Virus record (IMG/VR): IMGVR_UViG_3300011441_000007 | Source: a virus | DNA: 64,000 nucleotides | Reading direction: 5' to 3' (one strand) | Shown here: positions 36,342 to 46,328 of the stretch, piece by piece | Layout of the letters: every line of letters begins with the position of its first letter | How positions within the stretch are numbered: the stretch's first letter is position 1 | Notes under the pieces: generated by a model | Database searches by the model: none | What the model was told of the DNA's origin: nothing | What the model saw: the letters and a program-made list of their open reading frames with translations, nothing else | Program-made: the position numbers and the translations under genes

Positions 36342-37534
36342 CTATTTCCTCTTGCGCAATTCATTGTTGTTGTAGCTTGAACTGATTTATTTACCAATTG
36401 CAACTCATGACAAACTTCAGTTACAAGATATTGTCCTGACATATCTGAACTACCATACCCATCAAAATCACCCATCGGTGGCAACAGATTCAATTGTACC
36501 CCTTTTCCAACAGTAACATACATCCCAGATTGAACAGGAACTTTCACACGCATCATTGGACCATTTTGAAACAAGGCGGAAGAAAAGCGTTCTTGAGGGC
36601 TCTTTTGGTTAGGATCAACAGAAGTTGGTTGTTGCGCCCCATCCATTACACCATAATTAGGAAACCCACCTAGCTTACCTCCAATACCTGGAATGCTCCC
36701 AAGAATTGACCCCATACTTTTAGCTTGAATCTTATCAATAACTCTGTTCTTTGTGCGCATGTCAAAGATAGATTGTCCAGCCCCTTGCGCGCCGGATACC
36801 GCGTCTGTTCCGCCACGTCCTTTATCATCAACATTAGCTTCAGCAACAATAATAACGTTTCTTTCTCTTAGAATATCTATAGGCCAAGACGCCCCAAGGG
36901 TTTGAATCTGATTAAACGTTTCTTGAATACCCATTGTAGCAAACAACGTTTCCAAAGGAGAAAGAACATGTTGCTTGGCGTCCTTGAAAAACATACAGTT
37001 ACCAGAGCTACCAAAATTACAATGCTTCTTTATATCATCAATAGCTTTGAAGGGTTTCACAGCCGATTTAATGTATCCTTCTTTTGAAATAGGGCCATTG
37101 GAAGGCTGCTTAATATTTAAAGACCCTCCAATATATTGATTAAAAATTTGTGAAATAGCTGCTGTTGCTGGAATATTTTTAAAAGAATTTTGTACAAGGT
37201 TCTTTTTATCACTGTAATATTCTGCGCCAATCAACTCAATAGTATAACGTACCGTGCGCGGACTTTTGCTTGTTTTTTGGCCATGAACAGAAAAAACATA
37301 AAGTGTCGTTTCATAAATTTTTGGCTCATCGCAATCCCAAGCAAATGAACACGGCTCACCGCCTCTGAGATTCATGTTCTCAACGATATTGTTATTATCC
37401 TCCACAATTAGTTTGGCTGTGTGATAAGGTTTATAGATACTTTCATAGATAGAAAGAGATTGAAGTTGAGGAAGAATATTCCATCCATTTAGATGGAAAG
37501 AACGAATATTAACCTGAATTGGAAAATCTGTCAT
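36338..37534 (-). CDS. baseplate hub protein (gp27-like, tentative)
   Basis: 398 aa (T4 gp27 is 391 aa). It lies between the gp53-like and gp5-OB-like genes. Assigned by size and synteny only. Confidence 0.35.
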   Translation of the reverse strand: MTDFPIQVNIRSFHLNGWNILPQLQSLSIYESIYKPYHTAKLIVEDNNNIVENMNLRGGEPCSFAWDCDEPKIYETTLYVFSVHGQKTSKSPRTVRYTIELIGAEYYSDKKNLVQNSFKNIPATAAISQIFNQYIGGSLNIKQPSNGPISKEGYIKSAVKPFKAIDDIKKHCNFGSSGNCMFFKDAKQHVLSPLETLFATMGIQETFNQIQTLGASWPIDILRERNVIIVAEANVDDKGRGGTDAVSGAQGAGQSIFDMRTKNRVIDKIQAKSMGSILGSIPGIGGKLGGFPNYGVMDGAQQPTSVDPNQKSPQERFSSALFQNGPMMRVKVPVQSGMYVTVGKGVQLNLLPPMGDFDGYGSSDMSGQYLVTEVCHELQLVNKSVQATTTMNCARGNR

Positions 37535-37537
37535 GGT

Positions 37538-38416
37538 TTATTCTTGTAGTTTCTTCCGGCGCTCTTCAATTAAAGGCATAGTAAATCTGCTATCAATCAG
37601 ATAGATATTCTTGTTGTTTTCATTACGTTCTCTTTCCCAATCATAATAATATGTTGGACTCCAATAAACGAATTCTTCATCTGGAATAACTTTATCTAGA
37701 ATATCCTGGTTAATTACATTCGCAAAAGCATTAGAGGAAAGACCAGTTAGTGTTTGGTTTGCGGATGTATTGCCTGTGATATGCTGAATCTTTACGACAG
37801 AAGAGTTAGCTATAATAATTTCTCCGTTTCCTACTGTAGCCGTTGTGGCAGCATTTTTGACTAGAACACGCTCACCATTAGAGAAACTTGTATTTCCATT
37901 TAGAGTAATTTCCAAACGAACAAGTTGATTGGTATTAATAATCCAATCTTCAGGTCGGCGTCTATAATGAAGTATCTTTGTTCCTTTACCAAAATGAGCA
38001 GTATAATATTTTTTCAAAGCCTCTGGTAGGATATTTTCATAGTGAGAAACTGGAATCTCCTTGGTATCATCAGGCCAATTGATCGCATAATGTCTTACTT
38101 TTTGTTGTGATTCCTCAATAGAACCATACTTTTTCTTGAGAAATTCATTAAACTCATCGTCAGAGAGATACCAATCGTAATAAGGATCAAGGATGCCATT
38201 AGCTAAGAAGATTAGCCATTCCAGATAAGAATCGTTATAATAGGCATAAGATAGCACATCTGGACGCATATTATGCTTAATTTCATGAGGATAGAAGAGA
38301 ACAGGGCGACCGGAAATATTTGGGTTTAGCGCAATATTTTTAGTTATATCCACACACTGAAGTTGATCATCGCCATATTCAATTTTTGGCATTCGGGAAA
38401 AATAAAATTCAGCCAT
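37538..38416 (-). CDS. baseplate wedge protein gp53-like
   Basis: YLEWLIFLANGILDPYYDWYLSDDEF resembles remembered T4 gp53 (YWVLLMCNDNYDPYYGWITSQE). Confidence 0.45.
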   Translation of the reverse strand: MAEFYFSRMPKIEYGDDQLQCVDITKNIALNPNISGRPVLFYPHEIKHNMRPDVLSYAYYNDSYLEWLIFLANGILDPYYDWYLSDDEFNEFLKKKYGSIEESQQKVRHYAINWPDDTKEIPVSHYENILPEALKKYYTAHFGKGTKILHYRRRPEDWIINTNQLVRLEITLNGNTSFSNGERVLVKNAATTATVGNGEIIIANSSVVKIQHITGNTSANQTLTGLSSNAFANVINQDILDKVIPDEEFVYWSPTYYYDWERERNENNKNIYLIDSRFTMPLIEERRKKLQE

Positions 38417-38424
38417 TTATGACA

Positions 38425-39348
38425 TTATTCCCCAAAATCAGAAGGTGGTTCCCCAACAAATGGGGCTGATCGCGCGCTAGTATCGCGTGGATTATTATTG
38501 TCTTTAAAATCTCCAGCGAGCCAGTATTCTAGTTCAAGAAACTGCATCTGAATTTCCAGACCTTCTGGGGCATTACCATTCCCATCTCCGCTTGTGCCGC
38601 CCGTGAGTTTCGTCTGATTAGATTCACGATAAAACGCAGCCTGTCCTCCCGGTGTATAGTTAACAACAAAATTTTCTAAAACAGCAGGCTTGAATTTATA
38701 CATATATTGCGAGTTGGGGTGAATTTCAGGAAAGAATACTTTTGGAAATTTGAACCAAGAAAGTAATCCTAAACCAAAAAGACTTGCAACAGTAATATCT
38801 GGAGACATAGAATTATTTAACAGTAAAACAATTTGTTGTAAAGACCTGGCTTCAGCAGGATTCTTTGGAGAAACACGCCAACTCAATTGGTATCTTTTAT
38901 ATTTCGGACCTTTAAGGAAAATAGTTAGAATACTATTTGGACTATAACCTAGTTTTGATCTAGCTATGTTTATATCTGTAAGAGAAATAGCCCCAGATAA
39001 CACTTGATTTAATGGTTGCTCTTCATAATCTACGATATGGTTATCAATTAGACCTATAGGTAAAGGTAATCTAATTATCTTTTCTGGGTTCATTTGTATT
39101 CTACTTGAAATTGGTCCATCATCTCCAGAAATCAAATCTCGTTGATACTGCGAAACAATCAATTGAAAATAATATTTTGGAAGATCGCCTGGATATTGAA
39201 AGTAATCCGTAGAATTAATCTTTTGAAATCTCTCATCTATAAGACTTGTTGGAGATTGAGGTGGATCGTTGAAGCTTCCATTGTTCCACCAAGGCTGAAG
39301 TGGCGATATAGTAGTATTTGCGTTTGATAAACCGGGAGTTGTTGCCAT
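38425..39348 (-). CDS. baseplate-associated structural protein (307 aa)
   Basis: ORF heading the minus-strand baseplate block. No motif. Confidence 0.4.
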   Translation of the reverse strand: MATTPGLSNANTTISPLQPWWNNGSFNDPPQSPTSLIDERFQKINSTDYFQYPGDLPKYYFQLIVSQYQRDLISGDDGPISSRIQMNPEKIIRLPLPIGLIDNHIVDYEEQPLNQVLSGAISLTDINIARSKLGYSPNSILTIFLKGPKYKRYQLSWRVSPKNPAEARSLQQIVLLLNNSMSPDITVASLFGLGLLSWFKFPKVFFPEIHPNSQYMYKFKPAVLENFVVNYTPGGQAAFYRESNQTKLTGGTSGDGNGNAPEGLEIQMQFLELEYWLAGDFKDNNNPRDTSARSAPFVGEPPSDFGE

Positions 39349-39397
39349 AAAGGTTCCTAAATAATCAGTGTTTCTTGGTATTTAGTATAGGAATCAG

Positions 39398-39916
39398 ATG
39401 CCCAAACGGGGAGAACAACGAGTCATCTATGAGAAGAACAGCAGCCATTTTTACAAAGGGCTGTTCAAACCTCGTAATCCCAAGAAATATAGAGGAAATG
39501 CTAAGAACATAGTTTTTAGAAGTCATTGGGAACTAGAATACATGCGCATGCTAGATGAAAAGGATAATTGTATTTCCTGGGCCTCGGAAGAGTTCTCAAT
39601 CAAGTATTATCATCCGATCAAACTCTGTTATAAACGCTACTTTCCTGATTTTTTTGTTGAAATGCGCCAGAAAGATGGTAAAATATTCAAAGCGATTGTA
39701 GAAATCAAGCCGGCTAACCAAATCGCACAGCCAAAACGAAAAAAGAACGGCAAGATGCAAAGATTCATCTATGAGAGTATGACTTTTGCAGTGAATCGGG
39801 CGAAATGGGAAGCGGCAGTAAAGTTCTGCAAGGAGCATAAATTAAAATTCTATGTGGTAACCAAGGATAATAAAGAACAATTTGTCCTATTGAATGAGGA
39901 ACAACTACACTTATGA
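39398..39916 (+). CDS. PD-(D/E)xK nuclease-fold protein, head-completion-nuclease (gp4)-like
   Basis: PDFFVEM...AIVEIKP fits a PD-ExK motif. Positioned next to baseplate genes as in T4-like phages. AGGA RBS. Confidence 0.4.
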   Translation: MPKRGEQRVIYEKNSSHFYKGLFKPRNPKKYRGNAKNIVFRSHWELEYMRMLDEKDNCISWASEEFSIKYYHPIKLCYKRYFPDFFVEMRQKDGKIFKAIVEIKPANQIAQPKRKKNGKMQRFIYESMTFAVNRAKWEAAVKFCKEHKLKFYVVTKDNKEQFVLLNEEQLHL

Positions 39917-40098
39917 CCATGAAAAGAATTGATCCTGTAACAGGAATAGAAACAGAAATAAATGAAACTACATTGTTCCAAGATTTGAAAGCTCTTCGGG
40001 GTATAGACCCAATTCAAACTTTGATTGAGATTCTAATAACTTATGATTTAACTCCTGAAGAAATGGATGAAATTATAGAGAGATTCAAGCGTTATTAA
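39913..40098 (+). CDS. small hypothetical protein (61 aa)
   Basis: Translationally coupled (ATGA overlap) between two genes. Confidence 0.35.
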   Translation: MTMKRIDPVTGIETEINETTLFQDLKALRGIDPIQTLIEILITYDLTPEEMDEIIERFKRY

Positions 40099-40736
40099 TG
40101 CCTAATCCTTTTATTGACCAACTTAAAAGACTAGCTGCTTCTATTGGTATCACCAATCAAAACTCTTGGGCCGCGCGTAAATGGTTTCAATCCATGGCGC
40201 AGCGCGTTGTTACTATGGATGGTAACGCATATATGCAATCTCAACCAGATCGTCTTATGAAATCAAGAAGCTTGAATCAATCAATGATTGGGAAGATGGT
40301 TATGTATTATTATGATCCGAAAACAAAAGAAAAACTCCCTTATTATGATAAGTTTCCTTTAGGATTTGTTGTAGATATGGCGCCAAAAGGACATTATATG
40401 ATAAATCTACATTATCTTTCTCCTTTTCAAAGAGCTAGATTATTTGATGCTCTTTATCAAGGCACTTTACAAAATGCTGGAACTGAAAAACAAAAATTGA
40501 AGATTTCTTATGGAATCTTGAAAGGTGCAACTAAATTCCAAGCTTATAAACCATGCTTCAAGCGTTATTTGAATAACCATGTTCGCTCCCGTTATCTTGT
40601 TGTTGATCCAGCTGATTGGGGAACAGTTATGATGCTGCCTCTAGCACGCTTTGAGCGCGGCGGTAAAGGGGGCGGCACGGTCGGTTCCCCCATCTCACAA
40701 ACCAAAGTTTGGTCCGAATCTAGAAAGAAGTTTTAA
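40098..40736 (+). CDS. baseplate hub-associated protein (212 aa)
   Basis: ORF in the hub/tube block. No motif recognised. Confidence 0.4.
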   Translation: MPNPFIDQLKRLAASIGITNQNSWAARKWFQSMAQRVVTMDGNAYMQSQPDRLMKSRSLNQSMIGKMVMYYYDPKTKEKLPYYDKFPLGFVVDMAPKGHYMINLHYLSPFQRARLFDALYQGTLQNAGTEKQKLKISYGILKGATKFQAYKPCFKRYLNNHVRSRYLVVDPADWGTVMMLPLARFERGGKGGGTVGSPISQTKVWSESRKKF

Positions 40737-40742
40737 GTAAAT

Positions 40743-41447
40743 ATGGCGCGAGAAGGTTTCAATATCCAGGAATTCAAATCTACTGTTGAAAATCGTGGAA
40801 TACAAAAGAATAACAAATTTCTCGTTAAGTTTTTTATACCTCCATTAATGAGAGAAAGTATTTCGTCTCAAATGGGAGGTAATCAAGTGCAATTGGCTCA
40901 AAAGGCAAGCAAAGAAATGCAATTTTGGTGCGATACAGCTGTGTTGCCTGGAATCCAACTTTCATTACGACAAGTTATAAGATATGGCTATGGTCCAATT
41001 GAAAAAAAACCGTTTGCTCCACTTTTCAATGATGTCACTTTCACAGTTATGCAAGATCAAAAAAATATAAATTGGTCTTGGTTTCATTCTTGGCTAAGCA
41101 CTGTTGTTCTTTGGGATGCCAGACGTGGTATTCTAGGAAGCCCTGAGCAAAAGATAAAGCCTTTTGAGATTTTCTATAAAGAAGATTATATAGTTGATCT
41201 AGATGTTACCTGTTTTAATGATATGGGCAATCCTGTCACACGCATCGTTTTACGTCAAGCCTATCCTTTCACAATGGGAGATTTACCTTTGAATTGGGCA
41301 GATAATAATACATTTATGAAAATGCCAATTTCTTTTACATTCCATGATTGGTATTGGGCTCCATTTCCAGAAAATGAAATGCTGCCTATTCCAACACCAG
41401 CCCCGAACCCTGATGTGAGTGGCGACCCTCCAACACCCCTGAAATAA
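40743..41447 (+). CDS. tail tube family protein (gp19/gp48/gp54-like), baseplate tube
   Basis: NKFLVKFFIPP...QFWCDTAVLPGIQL...NDVTFTVMQDQ parallels T4 gp19 (NLFQVEISYLG...FQCKATALPAGIV...DDWTVTVMNDE). Confidence 0.55.
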   Translation: MAREGFNIQEFKSTVENRGIQKNNKFLVKFFIPPLMRESISSQMGGNQVQLAQKASKEMQFWCDTAVLPGIQLSLRQVIRYGYGPIEKKPFAPLFNDVTFTVMQDQKNINWSWFHSWLSTVVLWDARRGILGSPEQKIKPFEIFYKEDYIVDLDVTCFNDMGNPVTRIVLRQAYPFTMGDLPLNWADNNTFMKMPISFTFHDWYWAPFPENEMLPIPTPAPNPDVSGDPPTPLK

Positions 41448-41463
41448 AAACTAAGGAGATATT

Positions 41464-42168
41464 ATGCTACCTAAAATTACAACCCCAACTTCCAAAATCA
41501 AAATCCCAAGCACAGGTAAGACTGTTTCTGTGCGTCCGTTCCTTGTGAAAGAGGAAAAGATTCTGTTGATGGCCAAACAATCTGGAACCTATACAGATAT
41601 ACTAACTTCAATCAAACAAGTTGTGACCAATTGTCTTCTTGAAAAAATAGATGTTAATAAGCTTGCGCTATTTGATGTTGAATATCTGTTTCTCAAGCTA
41701 CGTTCCATTTCTGTCAATAATATCGTCAAAGTCACATACAAAGACAACGAAGATCAAAAAGAATATCCTTTTGAAATTGACTTGGATAAAATAGAAATCA
41801 AATTCCCTGATAAAGTAGAGAAAGTTATTGTTTTGAATGACGAATACTCTCTACTAATGAAATGGCCAGAAGCTTCTCTTTATTCAGAAAAGGAAGTTCA
41901 ATCTGACGATCCAGCATTGAATATTGAATTCTTTCTTGCTAATACCATTGATAAGATTTGTCAAGGTGATAAGATGATTGATTTGAAAATGGCATCCAAA
42001 CAAGAAATCACAGAATTTATTGAAGGTATTCCAGCAAAGGCTTATGAGCAAATCAAAGAGTTTTGGAATACTATACCTAAATTACATTATGAAATCAAGT
42101 ATACAAATGCCAATGGAACAGAAAGAAGTATTGTCATGGAGAAGTTGACCGATTTTTTTACTTTTTAA
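41464..42168 (+). CDS. baseplate hub subunit-like protein (234 aa)
   Basis: Sits between the tube-like gene and the tape-measure-like gene. No motif. Confidence 0.4.
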   Translation: MLPKITTPTSKIKIPSTGKTVSVRPFLVKEEKILLMAKQSGTYTDILTSIKQVVTNCLLEKIDVNKLALFDVEYLFLKLRSISVNNIVKVTYKDNEDQKEYPFEIDLDKIEIKFPDKVEKVIVLNDEYSLLMKWPEASLYSEKEVQSDDPALNIEFFLANTIDKICQGDKMIDLKMASKQEITEFIEGIPAKAYEQIKEFWNTIPKLHYEIKYTNANGTERSIVMEKLTDFFTF

Positions 42169-42323
42169 TGACGCATAATAGTCTAGAGAACTATTATCGC
42201 ACTAATTTTATGATGACTTTTTACCATCATTATGCTTTGAGTGACGTAGAGAATATGTTGCCTTATGAACTGAACATATATTCCGATATGATAAAAGAAG
42301 CACTCAATAGTAAGAAATAAAGA

Positions 42324-45300
42324 ATGGCAGGACCAGTAATTTTAGGGAGACTTTTAGCCGGTGCCGGAGGATTAGCCAAAGACGCAGCTCAACTCGGCGC
42401 CGCTACATTTATGAGCAATCATGGAGGCTTGATTGGTCAGGCCGCAACCATGAAACTTTTAGGTCACCAGTGGAAGGATATCGGCAAGACCATGGCCGTT
42501 GGTATTGCCTATCAAACTTTTGGGCGAAGTGGTGTTGTTGGTGATTTGATTATGCTTGGTATCATGGCTAACCTGACACGTCAAAATCTCAAAGGTATTG
42601 AAGATGAAATAAAAAAAGTTGAAGTCACTAGGATTGATCCAAAGACTGAAACTAAAGATATCCTTGGCATTATCCAAAAGATTGATAAGAAGCATGTTGA
42701 GTCCGCGAATCAGATTCGGCAAACGATGCAGAAAACTAATACTTTCTTTTTCAAAAAAACTGAAGAACATACTAAGGGATTTGAAAGAGCGAAGAAGCAG
42801 TTTATTCAGCATCAACAGCATTTAGATAGACTTGATAAAAGAATTCAAGAATTAACAAAACTTGCACACCTTACTGGAGCACAAAAACAATCTACACCGT
42901 TACAACAATCGGTTTATAATCAAAATCAAATAACACATAAATCGCCTGTTATTGATGCTGAGTTTGAAGAAATAGGTGTAATAAGACAACTAACTGGCGG
43001 CGGAAGCTCAAAAGGCGCTCATAAGATGCTTCCAAGCCCACAAACAATGTCTAAGTTTCGTGAAAACATTACAAAAGAAATATTTGAAAAACCCATGCAA
43101 ATGGGCGGCGGCTCTTTACAAATGCTTCAAGGGTTTATTGGGAAACTTGTTGGAGGTTTACCGTTAGCTATTCTTGGGGCTGTTGCTGGCACGATTGGAG
43201 GCGCAATAGCTGGTGGAATAGCTGGAGGCAGAGGCAGAGGAGGTGGCGATTTACCTAAGCAAGTTGATTGGACTCCTGATTATTTTAATCTAAGAGTAAC
43301 AAGTAATATCCATATTGAAAGCCGTAAGGATATAGTAATCAGAGGACGAAATGTAACGATTAGAGCCGATGATACGCTTAGATTAATTGGAAGAAATATT
43401 ATTGGAGTTCCTGGAACTGCTGGAACTGGAGGCGGCGGCAGCGGATCAGGATTAAACACTACACATACTCCCGGTAAAATTGGAAGTGGTGTTGGTCAAG
43501 GTATGATTGGAGAGCCTGATAATCGTTCCCGTTTTCAAGCCATGCAAGATAGAATATTTAAGAGACAACCGGGCGCAGCACCAGATACCAGTGTTCCCGG
43601 CACGTCAACACCTGGAAGCACGCCAACTCCTCAAGGCCATTTACCATCCCCAAGAATAGGTGGATCACAGTATAATATTCCTGGATATACACCACAACCT
43701 AGTTTTCCTGAAGGACCAATGACGCCTGGAAAATCATTACAAAGAGGTAATTCCCCATTTTCTGGAATAGGAACACCCTCTACTCCTTCAATAGATTATG
43801 GTCAAGGATCACAAGTTCCTGGATTTATGGGAAGGCAACCAGTGATGCCTGGAACACAAGGAGGAATCGGATTTCAAACTCCTACAATGCAAACTGGTCC
43901 TTTAACAGGAAATGAGTCTGGAAAAATTGATCCTGTCGCTTTTTATCATAGAATGAAAGAGAAAGTTGCAAACGATCCAAAAGTTTTGGGGCATGTGCCA
44001 GAATGGGGACCGAAGGTAGGAATTACTACTGGAAGTGCGCATGAATGGGCGCGTTTTTGGACAATGACTCAACAACAAGAATCAGGACATAGACAAGCAA
44101 AAGTAAACCCAGATGGTAGTCTAGCAAGATTTCCAACAACTCCAGCTGGTGAACAATCCTATGGTCCTGGACAATTCAAACCTGGAGAATATGGATTAAA
44201 AACTTGGGCAGATGTTAATAATCCAGAAAAGGTCATGGACGCCTATTTGAATACTGTGAAAAAAGGTAAAACTCATGCTTATTTTGGTTCTCTACAACGT
44301 CCTCATGAAATTACACAACATGGTGCATGGTTTGATAAACTAGATATTAGTAACCAACAAGCACCTATCATGAAAATGGCGCCTCATGAACCATCTTCAT
44401 GGGGAAGAAATGTAGATTTTGGTCAATCAACTCCAAAATCACTGTTACCTGAGGGTGTTCAACCATCAGCCGGCCCCTGGCGTAATTTTCATGGTGGACC
44501 AGATCAACAAGCTCCTTCTCCATTTTCATTACAAAAAGATTTATCAGAGCGTGCACCAGAAAAAGGACTTGGAAATAAAGTTCCGAGTGCTACTAAAGTG
44601 TTAAGTGGAACTAATTATACAGAGAAATATCCTTCAAATACAGAACGATTCTTTCATTCAGCTGGAAATATACAAGGTGTTGATCCTCGTCTAATTCAGT
44701 CAATGCGCGAAGCGTCTAAAGATTTGCCGGCCGGTTATCGTGTTCAAATGATTTCGGGAAAAGATTCACGTAATACTGGCACAACAAACCATCCAAGTGG
44801 TATTGCTGCTGATGTTGTTATCTATGATGATAAAGGAAGAGCATTAACTAATCTTGGAGGTCAAACATATCAAGGTTCTCATAGTCATCCAGCAACAAAT
44901 GAAGGATCATTTGGAATGTATGAGAAATACTATCATTCCATTCGTGAAAGAGTGAAGAAAGACTATCCTGACGAAACACTACTCTGGGGTGGTGGATTCA
45001 CTAGCGGTGCTAAAAATGACAAAATGCATTACCAATTTTTACGTCGTGGTTTAGCAGGATCATCCCAAGGTTCTGGTGCTTACAATCCAATAACAGGTCT
45101 TGATCCTCGTTATCAAGATCATGCTCCTGATAAAAGTAATATGAGTCCTGATCAAATCAAGGAATATCAGGCTTTGGTTCGGAAACGGATGCAAGATACA
45201 ACAAAATCAGATGAAATTGCAAAAGCTCAAAGAAAATCTGATTTATATAATAGATATAGAAAAGAAACAGGGCAACAACCATCACTTCCTGGAATGACTG

Positions 45301-46328
45301 GAAAAGAGACAGAAACCAGTGCTTATAAAGCGTGGGAAAGTAAACAACTACCTCCCGGAGTATCATTGGAAGGTGATGGATTACGTGTTCCTGGGCAACC
45401 AGATGCAACTAGATCAGATAGCCCAACTATAAGCACTGGCAATCCAGATACTAGATTCTATAAAGATGGGTCTGTAGGAAACAGAATTATTGAAGAACAA
45501 AGAGATATATTAAATAGAGCTAGAGATACTTCTGAATCTCCTAGACCATGGGAACCAGGAAAAAATCCAGACGAAACAAAATCTCTTCCTGGAATAATTG
45601 AAGGAACAAACCATCCAATGGATAAAGTTCCTTATGCTAATCCTTTTCATTCTGATTCAAAAATTCCCGATATAACAGCTATTCCAAAAGAAGAAGGTTC
45701 TCTTAAAGATGTTAATCCTCTTTTCCAACAATTTACAACTTGGGAACAGCGACGTGAAGAGATATATAAAAAAGAGCGCATTCAAGAGCAAGCTAAAGCT
45801 GAAGGTATTGCAGCGGCAAGGCGAATTGAAAGCCTTGCCAAAGGATGGAGGCCAGGAGAAAGACCATCTGATAAGCTTGAAATTCGTGCTAAAGAACCGA
45901 CTAGCAAAGAATTAAGTGCTTGGCGTGAAAAAGAAGGCAAACAATTTGGAAAAGATGTTAGAGATTCAATTGCTAGAATGCGTGCTGATCCTGAAGGTTA
46001 TTCTAATATCATGGATAGTCATGAAAAACAAGCTAAATCTATCACAAAAAATGATTTACGATTTTCTCCTTCAAAGAATCCATCTACTGATGATCTTAAA
46101 CCACCTGAGTCTACATATGAAGAGAAAAAAGAAGATGAGAACATTACCAAACCTTCATCAGAAGAATTGAACAAACGAATTGACAGAAGAATAGAAACGT
46201 CCGATGCTAAGGACGATGCTGCTGACATTAAAGACCCACGACATAACCCAGAGGAGGCACCGGCCGGCGTAGCAGATAACGGGTATGGTAAATCTAGACA
46301 AGGGAACCTACCAAATGCATCGGACTGA
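42324..46328 (+). CDS. tape-measure / gp29-like protein with SLT-like and peptidase M15-like (LAS) domains
   Basis: 1334 aa. N-terminal Gly-rich hydrophobic segments (LAILGAVAGTIGGAIAGGIAGG). A mid-region TQQQESGH...GPGQF is SLT-like. NHPSGIAADVVIYD is an H-x6-D LAS/M15 zinc motif (SxHxxGxAxD), and WGGGFTSG...MHYQF follows it. Confidence 0.55.
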   Translation: MAGPVILGRLLAGAGGLAKDAAQLGAATFMSNHGGLIGQAATMKLLGHQWKDIGKTMAVGIAYQTFGRSGVVGDLIMLGIMANLTRQNLKGIEDEIKKVEVTRIDPKTETKDILGIIQKIDKKHVESANQIRQTMQKTNTFFFKKTEEHTKGFERAKKQFIQHQQHLDRLDKRIQELTKLAHLTGAQKQSTPLQQSVYNQNQITHKSPVIDAEFEEIGVIRQLTGGGSSKGAHKMLPSPQTMSKFRENITKEIFEKPMQMGGGSLQMLQGFIGKLVGGLPLAILGAVAGTIGGAIAGGIAGGRGRGGGDLPKQVDWTPDYFNLRVTSNIHIESRKDIVIRGRNVTIRADDTLRLIGRNIIGVPGTAGTGGGGSGSGLNTTHTPGKIGSGVGQGMIGEPDNRSRFQAMQDRIFKRQPGAAPDTSVPGTSTPGSTPTPQGHLPSPRIGGSQYNIPGYTPQPSFPEGPMTPGKSLQRGNSPFSGIGTPSTPSIDYGQGSQVPGFMGRQPVMPGTQGGIGFQTPTMQTGPLTGNESGKIDPVAFYHRMKEKVANDPKVLGHVPEWGPKVGITTGSAHEWARFWTMTQQQESGHRQAKVNPDGSLARFPTTPAGEQSYGPGQFKPGEYGLKTWADVNNPEKVMDAYLNTVKKGKTHAYFGSLQRPHEITQHGAWFDKLDISNQQAPIMKMAPHEPSSWGRNVDFGQSTPKSLLPEGVQPSAGPWRNFHGGPDQQAPSPFSLQKDLSERAPEKGLGNKVPSATKVLSGTNYTEKYPSNTERFFHSAGNIQGVDPRLIQSMREASKDLPAGYRVQMISGKDSRNTGTTNHPSGIAADVVIYDDKGRALTNLGGQTYQGSHSHPATNEGSFGMYEKYYHSIRERVKKDYPDETLLWGGGFTSGAKNDKMHYQFLRRGLAGSSQGSGAYNPITGLDPRYQDHAPDKSNMSPDQIKEYQALVRKRMQDTTKSDEIAKAQRKSDLYNRYRKETGQQPSLPGMTGKETETSAYKAWESKQLPPGVSLEGDGLRVPGQPDATRSDSPTISTGNPDTRFYKDGSVGNRIIEEQRDILNRARDTSESPRPWEPGKNPDETKSLPGIIEGTNHPMDKVPYANPFHSDSKIPDITAIPKEEGSLKDVNPLFQQFTTWEQRREEIYKKERIQEQAKAEGIAAARRIESLAKGWRPGERPSDKLEIRAKEPTSKELSAWREKEGKQFGKDVRDSIARMRADPEGYSNIMDSHEKQAKSITKNDLRFSPSKNPSTDDLKPPESTYEEKKEDENITKPSSEELNKRIDRRIETSDAKDDAADIKDPRHNPEEAPAGVADNGYGKSRQGNLPNASD

